Shown in pieces: positions 34,265 through 45,072 of a stretch of DNA of 64,000 nt. The notes under the pieces are model-generated. The model did not search any database and was not told the origin of the DNA. It was given only the letters and a program-made list of their open reading frames with translations. Position numbers and translations under genes: made by a program. The number at the start of each line of letters is the position of its first letter. Position 1 is the stretch's first letter. Source of the stretch: a bacterium (GTDB lineage: Bacteria > UBA8248); NCBI GenBank assembly GCA_965213625.1, contig CBDBZU010000004.1:1-64000 (forward strand), read 5' to 3'.

Positions 34265-35542
34265 TCAATGCTGGACCCAAGGCACGACTTCGGGTTGGTA
34301 AATTCCTTTATAGTTGTATGTTATTCGATTCGCATATTTTCCTTTGTACTCGAAGAGATTTAGCAAAAACAATTCAACATACCATTGCCCCAAATTCCAC
34401 GCTTGAAGATACGCCTCCAGAGAAACATTTTCACAGTTCATTTCAGAGTGGACGAGATCGTTGCGTAGGTCTGTCAAGATTGCCGGGCCGTCTAATTGGA
34501 GATTCACGTCCTTTAGATTTTGCAATGAATCAGGTATCGCACAGTCGATTTTCGATTGTTGCAGAACAGCCCGTATCATCTTCTCTTCGGCCTTTTTCTT
34601 TTGTTTTAATGATTTGTACTCTGATTGCGGTAATATTTGATTGGCCAAACGCACAAGAGCCGCTTGCGTCAAGATGATCCCGCTATATGGGTTGTTTGAC
34701 TCATTACTGCGTAGATACCAATAAAGTGCAATGCGGGTTGGATCGTCTTGAGCACCCGTCGCCTTCTTTATTTTGCGCCAAAATACCGGCCAAACCATAG
34801 AAAGTTCGCAATCATTGTTCTGCCGATGATCCAACCAGCAGGACAGACTATACCATGGGTAGGTTGAATAGGTTCCCCATTGCTCCCATCCTTTCTCGCC
34901 ATGTTCGTCAATGCCGACAATGAGGGTTATTCCGCAATTTCCGCCACGGGCGAACGACAAAAATAAATGGAGTACGTCTAGGAGCTTGTGCGCTTCTTCT
35001 GCGGAGAACGATTCGCCGTCCGAGCGCCGGATAGAACCCTCGTGGGTGAGAGCGAATCCGCTCTCTGCCTTCAATACTGTCTTGATGTTGAAGAGTTCTG
35101 GAAGCGGTTTGATTTCGATGCGCCACGGTTCTGCTTCCAGCAATGCGGGATTCCTCACCTGAGCCAAAGTTGAGAAATTGATGAGGTTGAATCTCACGGA
35201 CCGAAGATTTTCTCTAGTTTCAACAACGGTTACAGGTTGCCGGGTTGTCATCAGGCAACTACTTGGGACCTCACCCCTGACCCTCACTACCTCCGCTTCT
35301 ATTTCGGGGTTGACTGCCGTCTCGACATTGTGCGGCAGACGTAACTTGAGTCTCGTGCCTGGCCTACCCATGTTGGTTGTAGACAGGAGTAGGTCATAGG
35401 GTAGGGTAATTTCAATAAAAACTCTCGGGGTGGGCGAAAGCCGCATAGTTGCTTCTGCAGGCATGGACCGGGGTTTTTGACTGCCAAGCAAAACCTCTAT
35501 CTGGGTTTCGGTTAAAGGAATTGCGCAATTCACTTTATCCAT
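34265..35542 (-). CDS. Putative HEPN/ApeA-like protein between hsdS and hsdR
   Basis: FLSFARG; ALYWYLRSN; LTDLRNDLVH Rx4H motif. Confidence 0.65.
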   Translation of the reverse strand: MDKVNCAIPLTETQIEVLLGSQKPRSMPAEATMRLSPTPRVFIEITLPYDLLLSTTNMGRPGTRLKLRLPHNVETAVNPEIEAEVVRVRGEVPSSCLMTTRQPVTVVETRENLRSVRFNLINFSTLAQVRNPALLEAEPWRIEIKPLPELFNIKTVLKAESGFALTHEGSIRRSDGESFSAEEAHKLLDVLHLFLSFARGGNCGITLIVGIDEHGEKGWEQWGTYSTYPWYSLSCWLDHRQNNDCELSMVWPVFWRKIKKATGAQDDPTRIALYWYLRSNESNNPYSGIILTQAALVRLANQILPQSEYKSLKQKKKAEEKMIRAVLQQSKIDCAIPDSLQNLKDVNLQLDGPAILTDLRNDLVHSEMNCENVSLEAYLQAWNLGQWYVELFLLNLFEYKGKYANRITYNYKGIYQPEVVPWVQH

Positions 35543-35592
35543 TTGGATTCGCTCCCGCTAGCTTGATCACAACCCGTTCAAGTCAGAGAGAC

Positions 35593-37218
35593 TCATATGG
35601 CTGGGGCTATATCCTGATTTGTATGAGACATTCGCAACTCCCCCGATACCAGTTTCGGGAGCAGGGCATCGCGCAGAGCTATAAGAGTGCGGGACTGGTG
35701 GCAATTAGTAAAAATATGATCGGTTAACAAGCCTGAATGTTGGTTGAATGTGTGAAGAATCTCTCTAGAAGGTACGAGAAGTGGCAAACTACGTACTCCG
35801 GCTTGGTTGATCCCTGGCTGCGCTGAGTTTGAGTTCAGACTAATGATTTCTTGCGTCATCGAGTCCTGATCGAGCCAAAAGAACAAATATCGCTGTGCTT
35901 CTTTGTTACGTAGCCGGAGGATGAACACATGTTCGTTAACAGCACAATCTGAATAGGGAAACTCATAATCCAGATAAGTTTTCCGTCCTATGTATGCACC
36001 ATCTTTGTAAAGTAATATATCCCCCTTTTGCACTATGGCAGCTTTGGTCTTCAGCTTCTCGAAAAATTCTTTGGGTATGTATTTTGTCTTGGAAAAATCG
36101 TATTGCCCAAGACCAACCACATTTTCTGCCCCAATGCTGGGTATGCCAGTTTCAATTGCACCTCCCCTAGGACGTGCTCCAGAAACCAAACATTTCAGTT
36201 CCTCCCCGAGTGTTTTAACTTCCCACCCCTCCGGTATCTCGCCCAACTCCGAATCCACCAGGCGATCAGGAAAGAGGTCGGCGATGTTGCTGGGCAGGCC
36301 GGTGTCGCGGCCTTCCATCCTGGCGCGGACGGGGTCGAAATCGACGAACCAGGACTTGAACAGCGCGCGGGCCATCGCCTCCAGCGTCTCGTTCATCCGG
36401 CGGTTCAGTTCGATCTTGTCGTCCAGCGTACCCAGGATATGCGCGATGACGCGTTGTTCAGGGAGGGGGGGAGTAATCATACGAATGCGGTTCATATTAC
36501 CTTGTGTTAGCTTAGGCATCGTTGAACCAGTTAGATAGCCACTTATATCCAACGCCGATAACGCATACATTAAATATCGTGTATTCGCCTTGTGGTTACC
36601 TCGGAGGATATGGGCATGGTTATTGACCCAAAATTTTCCATTGGCGAGGAAAGTGATTGGCGTGTTTCGTGTCCGAAGGTTTTCTCCGTCTTCTGCGATG
36701 AGAAGATATTCTCCATTAAAAAGATAATCATCAATGTGATCAACAATTCCGGATTCGCCATAGTATGGGTAAGGACCGGCTTGCCTGTCTGCTTGCTTAA
36801 CGGGTACACGTATAGAATCAAAGTTGTCCGTCAGTTCGCCCAGTAAGCTCTCTAACCAGACACTATCTTCACGTGAATTACTTTCCCTTAATGGCTGGTC
36901 GTGTTCATTCACCAACACCACATAATCCCTTTCGATCACTTTCCGAAAACTCTCGGAGGTGCTCGCCCAGTCCACGACATCCACCTTGAACGGAAGGTCG
37001 GAATCGTCAAAACTTTCCGCCAAGGCCGAAGTTAGGTTCAGCGGTAAAGGCTCATCGCCCAGAACGGCGAGATCGAGATCGGAATAGTGCTTCGCGGTCC
37101 AAGTCACACGCGAACCGAAGGCCAGCACCTTGCGATCCGGAACGTGCCGTCGAAGGACGTCGCGCACGATGTCCATATGATCGGGGCGAAGGTCAAGGTT
37201 CGGGAGTTCCTTGCTCAT
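35593..37218 (-). CDS. hsdS: Type I RM specificity subunit with an N-terminal minimal nucleotidyltransferase (MNT) domain
   Basis: AFGSRVTWTAKHYSDLD (GSx10DxD); PPLPEQRVIAHILGTLDDKIELN; GEIPEGW; LRDALLPKLVSGE. Confidence 0.92.
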   Translation of the reverse strand: MSKELPNLDLRPDHMDIVRDVLRRHVPDRKVLAFGSRVTWTAKHYSDLDLAVLGDEPLPLNLTSALAESFDDSDLPFKVDVVDWASTSESFRKVIERDYVVLVNEHDQPLRESNSREDSVWLESLLGELTDNFDSIRVPVKQADRQAGPYPYYGESGIVDHIDDYLFNGEYLLIAEDGENLRTRNTPITFLANGKFWVNNHAHILRGNHKANTRYLMYALSALDISGYLTGSTMPKLTQGNMNRIRMITPPLPEQRVIAHILGTLDDKIELNRRMNETLEAMARALFKSWFVDFDPVRARMEGRDTGLPSNIADLFPDRLVDSELGEIPEGWEVKTLGEELKCLVSGARPRGGAIETGIPSIGAENVVGLGQYDFSKTKYIPKEFFEKLKTKAAIVQKGDILLYKDGAYIGRKTYLDYEFPYSDCAVNEHVFILRLRNKEAQRYLFFWLDQDSMTQEIISLNSNSAQPGINQAGVRSLPLLVPSREILHTFNQHSGLLTDHIFTNCHQSRTLIALRDALLPKLVSGELRMSHTNQDIAPAI

Positions 37219-37628
37219 GCCAGACGTTCCCGCAGTTTACCGCAAAGATAGACCGCTTCTTCAAGAAAGCGAGGGATGCTCGCTACTACCTCGATTGCGG
37301 TATTCTCGTTATAGGTGTGACTGGTTTTCGTGCGCATATCGCGGAAGACGCGCCAACTCGGCCAGTCTCCCAACAGCAGGCCCTGCTCGTTTCCCGTACG
37401 GATCATGTTCTGAAACGTCATCTCATCGAATTGTTCCGGATTCGCCGAAGCATACTCGAGATAGCGTTTGAGAACCTTGTGTCCCAGCTCGTAGGTGAAT
37501 TCGAAACGCTGAATCAGGCCGTCTCGAATCTGGGTATCACTCGTATCGGCCTGATAACGCGTCAACCCTTCTTCGAGGCGCTGGATCGCCTTTTCGAAGG
37601 GCGTAATTTCGGGTTTATCATAAGGCAT
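37215..37628 (-). CDS. HI0074-family HEPN protein (HepT-like toxin)
   Basis: RDGLIQRFEFTYEL; MRTKTSHTY (Rx4HxY); ATGA overlap with MNT-hsdS. Confidence 0.88.
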   Translation of the reverse strand: MPYDKPEITPFEKAIQRLEEGLTRYQADTSDTQIRDGLIQRFEFTYELGHKVLKRYLEYASANPEQFDEMTFQNMIRTGNEQGLLLGDWPSWRVFRDMRTKTSHTYNENTAIEVVASIPRFLEEAVYLCGKLRERLA

Positions 37629-37629
37629 G

Positions 37630-39201
37630 TCAGTCTCCGCTCCAGAAGCCGAGCTCAGTCAGGTTTCGTGAGATCGCCGTATCCAGCCTAGCGCCTTCCG
37701 CCTGCTGTTCCCGAAGCTGCGCGACAAGACGCTTCATCTTCTTCTCGAACGGCTCGCCGTCGTCTTCTTTCGCCTCGGCGCCCACGTAGCGGCCGGGTGT
37801 CAGCACGTGTCCGTGCTTGCGAATTTCGTCCATCGCCGTGCTTTTGCAGAAGCCGGGAACGTCGGCGTATTCCTTCGCATCTTCACCGCCGCGCCAGGCA
37901 TGGTAGGCACCGGCGACCCGTGCGATGTCTTCTTCCGTCAGCTCGCGGTGGGTGCGGTCGACCATGCGGCCCAGCTTGCGCGCGTCGATGCAGAGGATTT
38001 CGCCGCTTCGCCTTCGGTCCCGCGCTAGGAACCACAGGCATGCGGGAATCGGCGTCGAATAGAAAAGCTGCCCCGGCAGAGCGACCATGCAGTCCACGAG
38101 TTCCGCCTCGATCAGGCTCTTGCGAATCCCGCCCTCGCCCGACTGGTTGGAAGACATAGAGCCGTTGGCCAGGACGAAACCGGCAGCGCCGCCCGGCGCC
38201 AGGTGATGCACCATGTGCTGCACCCAGGCGAAGTTGGCGTTGCCCTTGGGCGGGACGCCGTATCGCCATCGCGCATCGTCCGTGAGCCGCTCGCCGCCCC
38301 AGTCCGAGACGTTGAAGGGGGGATTGGCGAGTATGAAATCCGCCTTGAGATCAGGATGGCGGTCGTTGTGGAAACTGTCCCCATGGGCGATCTGCCCTTC
38401 GATGCCGCGAATGGCGAGGTTCATCTTCGCGAGCCGCCAAGTCGTGTAGTTCGATTCTTGGCCGTAGATCGAGATGTCGCCGCGCGCCTTTCCAGCATTG
38501 CCGTTGCCACTGGTGTGCGCGTCGATGAACTCGACCGATTGCACGAACATGCCCGAGGAGCCGCAACATGGGTCATAGACGCGGCCCCGGTAGGGCCCCA
38601 GCATCTCTACCAGGAGCCTGACGACGCAGCGCGGGGTGTAGAATTCCCCGCCCTTCTTCCCCTCGGCGCTCGCGAACTCTGACAGGAAATACTCGTAGAC
38701 GCGGCCGAGAACGTCCTTAGAGCGGGCGTCCGCGTCGCCCACCCGGATGTTGCTGATGAGGTTGATCAGTTGCCCGAGGCGTTCCTTGTCAAGCGCGGGG
38801 CGGGCGTAGTCCTTGGGCAGTACGTCCTTGACCGCCGGGTTCTCGCGCTCGATAGCCGCCATGGCGCCATCGACGATTTGGCCGATAGCGGGTTGCGGCG
38901 CCTGGGTCTTGAGAATCTCCCAGCGCGCCTCGCGCGGCACCCAGAAGATGTTCTCGGCGCGGTATTCGTCCGGGTCTTCGGGGTCCGCGCCATCGGCCCG
39001 TTCGGCTTCTAGGCGAGCGTGTCTTTCCTCGAAGGCGTCCGAGATGTATTTCAGAAAAATGAGACCCAGTACGACGTGCTTGTATTCGGCCGCATCCATC
39101 GAGCCGCGGAGGGTGTCGGCCATCTGCCAAAGTTCTCGCTCATAGCCCGTTATGGCTCCGCTACCTGGTTCCTGAGTTTTTTTCGATGTTTTTCGCGCCA
39201 T
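37630..39201 (-). CDS. hsdM: Type I RM methyltransferase subunit M
   Basis: [38 protein letters not shown]. Confidence 0.97.
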   Translation of the reverse strand: MARKTSKKTQEPGSGAITGYERELWQMADTLRGSMDAAEYKHVVLGLIFLKYISDAFEERHARLEAERADGADPEDPDEYRAENIFWVPREARWEILKTQAPQPAIGQIVDGAMAAIERENPAVKDVLPKDYARPALDKERLGQLINLISNIRVGDADARSKDVLGRVYEYFLSEFASAEGKKGGEFYTPRCVVRLLVEMLGPYRGRVYDPCCGSSGMFVQSVEFIDAHTSGNGNAGKARGDISIYGQESNYTTWRLAKMNLAIRGIEGQIAHGDSFHNDRHPDLKADFILANPPFNVSDWGGERLTDDARWRYGVPPKGNANFAWVQHMVHHLAPGGAAGFVLANGSMSSNQSGEGGIRKSLIEAELVDCMVALPGQLFYSTPIPACLWFLARDRRRSGEILCIDARKLGRMVDRTHRELTEEDIARVAGAYHAWRGGEDAKEYADVPGFCKSTAMDEIRKHGHVLTPGRYVGAEAKEDDGEPFEKKMKRLVAQLREQQAEGARLDTAISRNLTELGFWSGD

Positions 39202-39311
39202 GGCCCCTTCATTCCAAATGAATTTTACGTCGTCGTCCGCCATAAAGTAGAGGCCGGGCAACGCTCATTAAATACTAAACGACAAGTAAATCCTCATTTT
39301 CTATCTTACAA

Positions 39312-40375
39312 CTATACAGTTGACAGTTGATGCTCTGGATACGAGAAAAGGAGAAAAGGCTCGCTTTTTCTGCAATACGTGCACCGAAATCTCGACATCA
39401 GTAACATGTTGAGAGCATTATACAGTGTGATCTTGCATTTCGTGGAGCATCTTGAGCAGCTAGGAGATGTAGATAAGAGTTTTTCAAAATTTGATAACGC
39501 ATGGTGCTCGTTCGGTTCATTGATTAATTCATACGAGAACATAGTCCTGATATGGAAAATACGGCTGGAAGTTTCACCCATTGCTTCCATCCTATTAATA
39601 ACCCCGATAATCAGATGAGAAGTGAACAGTAGAAGATATGGGAGATTTTGGTAAATCAAATCATAAATATCATCATCAAAGGGGTTCTTGAATATGAAAT
39701 TAAAATTTCTGAAGCGGTTCGAAGTTCAGCTTTCCAAGTTGTTACCAACTGAGCCGCATGCTGGAAAAATTATTGGAACCCGTTTTCATTTCCCTTGTTG
39801 TTGATCGTATCTTCTATATACTCTGAGTCAAACAAATAATAATGCTCAAGATTTTTTATCGTCTTCGAGTAAATCTGTTTGCGTTCTGTACCCAGCGCAC
39901 TTAATGCAAGAATATTTGGAGCACCTTTTGTGAATTGAAGGTGAAATTCATCGGGGTTTCCATACATCCATGACAAGTAAAGCAAGTTCTCTACCAGAGG
40001 TTTTCTCAACAAATTGAATCCCACTACACATTTTCGTTTCTCAAAACATCGCAGTGCTTCATACACATGGTGCAGGCAATCAGAGATCATCGCTATGGAA
40101 ATGGTATTTTAAAACAACTTTCTTGGAGGCGTTGGCATATCGAAGTTCTCGCAGAGCCCCGATTGAATCGGTATGATTGCATAGTTCTTCGTATCTCTCG
40201 AATTCCGCTTGGTTCTTAAATTATTTCGTTTCCAAATGAGCGCCAGCTTGTTCACATTCGACCAGAGCACGTGTGTTCTCATCATGCAAGAAAAAGCAAA
40301 GTTCATGGCATACTCGGACTTTCTCGGGGATATTTTGCAACCTGCTTCGTGGAATTAGTCAAATTCTCATCATTC
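39312..40375 (-). pseudogene. Fragmented AT-rich hypothetical gene
   Basis: Successive short minus-strand ORFs (40109-40306, 39770-40090 with NLLRKPLVENLLYLSW, 39312-39659) broken by frameshifts. Confidence 0.45.
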
Positions 40376-40817
40376 CAGTGACCCAGGACGACATTTTTTC
40401 TGTCGGTTCAATTCTAAGAGTCCCTTCAGGACTTCATTGTCTGAAATCTCCTCATCCCAACCATACGTCCCCGCAATGGTTGCATCAAGCGTGGCGTGGG
40501 CGTCGGCGAGCCATTGCCAGAGGACGTTTTAGAGGTAGGTGAGGTGCGGGCTAGATATCCCTTGCCGCCACTCAGGGCAGCGGACCGTGCACACCGAAAT
40601 TGGACTTGCCCCTGTTTACAATTTTCTTGCTGTGGTGATGAAATGGGTTGAAAAACGGTTGGACCTATCTGGAGCGAACTCGTGTCCCGGTCTGTGTCTC
40701 CCGTTTCTGATCGCCGAAACTGTCTCGGAGCTTGGTAGATCACGGAAGTGGCGGAGTGTGATCTAGTTGTTAAATCTAGACAATTGTCTCGACAACTGAC
40801 AGCTCCTCAATTGCAAT

Positions 40818-41117
40818 TTAGCATTGTTTTTTCGGTAATTCAGGTGCGATTTCGGAGATATCCCGTCTGATTTGCTCGATATCAACATCGTGTCCGGCCT
40901 TTTCCATGTCACGGATTATGGCCTGCGCGGTGAACATGGCAGAGCGTAACAGGTGGATTTCCGCCTCCGTTCGGGGCCATTCTTGTCCCTCGATGGCCTC
41001 AAGCGCCGCTGAGATCATGAGCTGGTTCGGTGAAATCCCCCTCTTGTGCGCCTCTTTTTCAATCCGTTTCCAGTGATCTTCATCGACCCTGATGTGCTTG
41101 TTGATCGTTTTTTCCAT
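40818..41117 (-). CDS. Small ribbon-helix-helix-like DNA-binding protein
   Basis: KHIRVDEDHWKRIEKEAHKRGISPNQLM; paralog at 55236-55517 shares WPRTEAEIHLLRSAMFTAQ. Confidence 0.7.
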   Translation of the reverse strand: MEKTINKHIRVDEDHWKRIEKEAHKRGISPNQLMISAALEAIEGQEWPRTEAEIHLLRSAMFTAQAIIRDMEKAGHDVDIEQIRRDISEIAPELPKKQC

Positions 41118-41766
41118 GCCGTTTTCCCTCGTTTTGCACTCTGAATTGTCGTTCATGTGAGATGTTTCCGGCTCCCGCCGGCGCCTTTTGGAAGCCGAAA
41201 AGGCGTACGCATACCGGATTCTCTGGCCAGTAAATGCTGGTCGATTACAGCCATGGGCATCTGTGTCTTGCGTCGCATTTGCGACGGATGACGGGAGAGA
41301 TCATATTCGAGCGCATCTTCGTCCGTATGCTGATCGACATTCGGTCCGGAAATCCCTGTGTTACACCGTGTTACAGACGTATCTCATATGACATGCGCCA
41401 TTTTTCAAGTGCAGGAATTTCAAGGGGATACGAGCGCCACCAGAGTGGTATTACTTTTTCTGGTATGAAGGAGGCGGGAATTGGCGTCGTTTGAGCAAGG
41501 AACTGTATGCCAAGCGCGCGCCTGGACTGCACCTGCACCGAGGTGCGTTCCGGTGTGCAATCCGAAGCGCCGAAGGGCGGCTAACGGCGGATTCTTGGGA
41601 ACGAACGACAGGGGAATTTTCGCCGGAGAGAATGGCGAGCGGGAGCCGCAGCGGCGATTGAGCGTGGAGACGAGTGGAGTATGCGAGGAAGAGCAGCGGA
41701 ACGAACGAGGGGAAAACCGGGCCGCGCCGACCTGCTGCTGTCGACGCGACCCGTTGAGCGTTTACG

Positions 41767-42717
41767 TCACGCTACTTTCTGGACGGGAATACCGAGGGTT
41801 TTAGCTTTGTCGACGAGGTTGTCGGTGATGCCGCTGCCTGGGAACGCGATCACGCCCTTGGGCAGGAGGTTGAGGAGTTCGTCGTTGCGCCGGAAGGGAG
41901 CGGCCCGTCCGTGGGCATCCCAATCCGGCTTGCAGACGACCTGGTGGACGCCGTTTCTCTCGGCCCATCCCGCCGCTATCTTCTCCGCACCGGGGCCGCC
42001 GCCGTGGACGAGAACGACGTCGGCGTATTTGGCCTTGAGGCGGTCGAGGTGCGCGATGATTTTCCCCGCATCGTTCGCCTCCTTGCCACCCGCGACGGCG
42101 ACGAGGGTTCCCTGGGGAAGATGAGCCGTGTTCTCGCGGTCCTTTCTGGCGCGCTGGAAGTCGCGCGCCTCGATGACGGCGGAGGTGAGCTTGCCGGTCT
42201 GGCTGACGTGCGATCCTCGCCTCGGCCGCCATACCTCGCCGGTCAGGTCGCGGTAGGCCTCTGCGGCGGTGTCCCTGAGTCCCTCGAAGGCGTCCCTGCG
42301 TTCCGTGAGATTGTTGGCCCGGTCGGTCATGAGTTCTAGTTCACGCGAGCGGATCTCGGAGCCGTCCTGCTCGCGCTGCAGTTCGCGGATGCCGGGGATG
42401 AGTTTGTCGGCGGCGCGGTCGAGCCTTTGTGTCTGGGCGTCCAGGGCGTTGACGAAGCCCCAGAGAAGGTTTCTTCGCTCATCCGCAAGTTGCGTTCCGT
42501 CGGGCGCTGCTTCCGCGAGTGCGCCGAAGGCCTTGATGACGGCGGCGGTGGCCTCGCCCTCGTCCCACACGGGGCGGTTGTCGAACTCATCCGGCCCTGG
42601 CGTGGCGCCGAAAAGCGCTGCCTGCTCGCAGACCATGGCGGTGAAAGATTCGTTCTGCGCTTCGTGTTCCGTGTGCTCGTTCATGTTCATCTCCTTGTGG
42701 TCGTGTATAGCGGTCAT
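41767..42717 (-). CDS. DUF2493 / YspA-like SLOG domain protein
   Basis: VAVAGG, LVHGGGPGAEKIAAGWA, HGRAAPFRRND, IAFPGSGIT. Confidence 0.85.
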   Translation of the reverse strand: MTAIHDHKEMNMNEHTEHEAQNESFTAMVCEQAALFGATPGPDEFDNRPVWDEGEATAAVIKAFGALAEAAPDGTQLADERRNLLWGFVNALDAQTQRLDRAADKLIPGIRELQREQDGSEIRSRELELMTDRANNLTERRDAFEGLRDTAAEAYRDLTGEVWRPRRGSHVSQTGKLTSAVIEARDFQRARKDRENTAHLPQGTLVAVAGGKEANDAGKIIAHLDRLKAKYADVVLVHGGGPGAEKIAAGWAERNGVHQVVCKPDWDAHGRAAPFRRNDELLNLLPKGVIAFPGSGITDNLVDKAKTLGIPVQKVA

Positions 42718-42738
42718 GGTTCACTCCTTTGGTAGTCC

Positions 42739-43110
42739 TCAAGCGAGGGGATGGTCGAATTCGGGAAGAGCGTATCCACGCTCGTTGCGCCCCACTTCCC
42801 TGGGCATCTCGTCGAGATACCCGGCTGCCCATTCAGCGGCGCGGGCGAGGACGTCGCCGTGGCACGGGAGGGGCCGGCAGTGGCAGCCGAGCTCGCAGCC
42901 CTGGAGGTCGGCGAGTTCGTAGAGGTTGACCTCCTCATTCTGGATTTTTCTCCACAGCCATTGGCGGTATTTCTCGATGACGTCGTCGCGGTCGCCGTCG
43001 GCGCCGAGCCGGAAGGGATTCCCCCACTTCGTCATGCGGTCGATCCTCACCAGCAGGCCGCTGCCGTTTTCTGCAACGTAGTCGTTCAAGTTCACCACGG
43101 TGGTATCCAT
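42739..43110 (-). CDS. DUF4326 domain protein
   Basis: IDRMTKWGNPF, LGCHCRPLPCHGDVL. Confidence 0.9.
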   Translation of the reverse strand: MDTTVVNLNDYVAENGSGLLVRIDRMTKWGNPFRLGADGDRDDVIEKYRQWLWRKIQNEEVNLYELADLQGCELGCHCRPLPCHGDVLARAAEWAAGYLDEMPREVGRNERGYALPEFDHPLA

Positions 43111-43146
43111 GCCTTTCTCCTTTCCAGAGAGTTAACGGATGCGTTT

Positions 43147-43337
43147 CTTGGCGTCCCATTTTCAGCACGTGCTAGGCGTGGGCGTCAGGGGCGGTTTTCA
43201 GTCTTTTTTTCACCCGGAGGGCGCGCAGCGGAAAAAATCCATGCTCCACCGATTTTTTCTGAAAAAAAGATGCTTTTGCGTTATTTGCAAAAGCACCCTT
43301 GACCCCGCGCCGTGCGTGCTAAAATGAGGACGCTAAG
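43147..43337 (-). promoter_or_regulatory. Long imperfect stem-loop, candidate Frpo/ssi-like single-stranded DNA promoter (copy 1)
   Basis: cattttcagcacg pairs with cgtgctaaaatg, ggcgtgggcgtcagggg with cccttgaccccgcgcc, tctttttttca with tgaaaaaaaga; TTGACC and TAAAAT lie in the stem. Confidence 0.6.
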
Positions 43338-43662
43338 AGAGAGACACTAGTACCGTCACCGGGACACAAGAGTTTCTGGTGTTTCACGATGAAGGCGAAG
43401 CTCATCGGGAAACAATCTCTCATGCTGCGGAAAGGGTCATTTCGGGCCGTTATTCGGCCCGGAATTCCCGCAGCGGGGGGTGGACCGAGCCACTGTCTTG
43501 AGCATGGAATGATCGCAGGCGCAAGCCGATCTTCCGTGAACATGGTTTATCGTTCACGGAACCGGAGGCTATCGAGGTGTTCCCGGTAGACGAGAGAAGC
43601 CTACAGGGAGGGAAAGGCGCGGGCGCTTCGGCGGTGGACTTCCTCCGGACAACGGGCATAAG

Positions 43663-43698
43663 AAAAGGGGTCGACGCGCGTGATGGCGCCGACCCCTT
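43663..43698 (-). terminator. Intrinsic terminator after ssb
   Basis: aaaaggggtcgacgc...gcgccgacccctt hairpin. Confidence 0.7.
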
Positions 43699-43706
43699 GT
43701 GAGCAC

Positions 43707-44132
43707 TTAAAACCGGATGTCCTCCTCCTCACCCCCGACCCCTGCGGCGACGGGCACGCCGTTGCCGTTGTTGTTCCCGTTCGCCTTGTCCAAAAACTGG
43801 ACGACCCCGCCGGGTGCTACGAGTATCTCGGTCGAGAAGCGTTCCGAATCCTCCTCGTCCTTCTTCCAGCGACGGGTCTGGAGCTTGCCCGCGACGTAGA
43901 CCAGACGGCCTTTCTTCGCGTGCCGCTCGAACATGTCCACCAGGCCGGGCTGGAAGGTCACGATCCTATGCCACTCCGTTTTCTCCACCCTCTCACCGGA
44001 TTGCTTGTCCACGTAGCCCTCATCGGTGGCGATGGATAGATTTGCGACGCGTCCCCCGCTCGCGAGATGGTTGATGGTGACGTCGGCGCCTAAGCGCCCG
44101 ATCAGTTCCGCACGGTTCAGTCCGAATGCCAT
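43707..44132 (-). CDS. ssb: Single-stranded DNA-binding protein (intact)
   Basis: NRAELIGRLGAD, TEWHRIV, KGRLVYVAGKLQTRRW, acidic tail EDIRF. ATG is at about 44128; end coordinate taken from the ORF track. Confidence 0.93.
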   Translation of the reverse strand: MAFGLNRAELIGRLGADVTINHLASGGRVANLSIATDEGYVDKQSGERVEKTEWHRIVTFQPGLVDMFERHAKKGRLVYVAGKLQTRRWKKDEEDSERFSTEILVAPGGVVQFLDKANGNNNGNGVPVAAGVGGEEEDIRF

Positions 44133-44212
44133 TTTGTTACTCCTTGAAGTGTAGTGTGGATGATAAAGTCGAGGAGCCGGAAATCCTCTCTCCCCGACCC
44201 CCCCCGTTCGTC

Positions 44213-44344
44213 CTAAACGCTACAAAACTCCACTTCGCCGTCCGCCTCGGCGCGCAGCTTGCGGATCGTGTACGCATCGAGTCCGAGTTCTGCGAGCAAC
44301 TCATCCGCGGTGGGAACGTCGACGTCGTAGTCGTTCTCGTACAT
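44213..44344 (-). CDS. 43-aa acidic peptide upstream of ssb, copy 2
   Basis: Same as 15239-15370. Confidence 0.55.
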   Translation of the reverse strand: MYENDYDVDVPTADELLAELGLDAYTIRKLRAEADGEVEFCSV

Positions 44345-44546
44345 GGCCGTGCCTCCTCTCGGGTTGTCCCCGGCGGCGGGAACTGGAGACCGTCTCCCTC
44401 CCCCCTACCGGGTATTTGCCCGGCTCTCCGCTTCCCTTTCACTCTCGAGAGGAGGTTCTCACCCGGCGGGAACCACTCGCGCAAGGTGTTTGCCTTTACC
44501 GCGGATTCGTGTCAGACAGCGCACGGAGGTGAGGAAGGGAGGAGGT

Positions 44547-44954
44547 ATGGAACGACTCAAGCTCTGGTTGCCGGCGCTGCTGTGGCTGCCTGCGGGGATT
44601 ATCGCAGAGGAGGTTCTGCGCACCGGGTCAATGGAGGGTGCAGATACGCTGCTTGACGTCCTGGAGTTGCTGCCCGCCGCTCCGTGCGGCATCCCCCTCG
44701 CGCTCGCCTGCCGGCGACTTGCCCGCTCGGGCTATCCGGGTCCCTCCCTGGTGGCGTGGTTGCTACTCGGCGCGGCCTCTGTGATGGGCTTCCTCGGTCC
44801 GCTCCCCGTGGGCGTTCAGGCGCTCCTGGTCTCTTTTCCGGTATGGATGGCGGTGTGGCGCCTCGAGCGTCGGCCCCGCGGCCCGGGATTCGCCCCTTCG
44901 TCAAGGCGGCCGGGGCGCGGGAGGTCTCAGGGGCCGTACCGCCCCTGGTCCTGA
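44547..44954 (+). CDS. Small multi-pass membrane protein, copy 2
   Basis: Same translation as 14629-15036. Confidence 0.65.
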   Translation: MERLKLWLPALLWLPAGIIAEEVLRTGSMEGADTLLDVLELLPAAPCGIPLALACRRLARSGYPGPSLVAWLLLGAASVMGFLGPLPVGVQALLVSFPVWMAVWRLERRPRGPGFAPSSRRPGRGRSQGPYRPWS

Positions 44955-45072
44955 GGCCCCGCGGAGACGTCCGATACAGGTCGACTCCCCCCGTCGAAGC
45001 CTCCCGCAGGAATCCAGACGCCGTGGGGCCGGCTGCGGAGCAGGTCGGCGTCGGCGGCACGTGCAGGCGCGC

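Larger units (their letters stand above)
40818..44048. repeat. Diverged inverted repeat with 52330-55517 (ssb 3' part, DUF4326, DUF2493, RHH)
   Basis: Same genes in mirrored order; visibly more substitutions than in the 8217-15542 / 44041-51374 pair. Confidence 0.9.
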
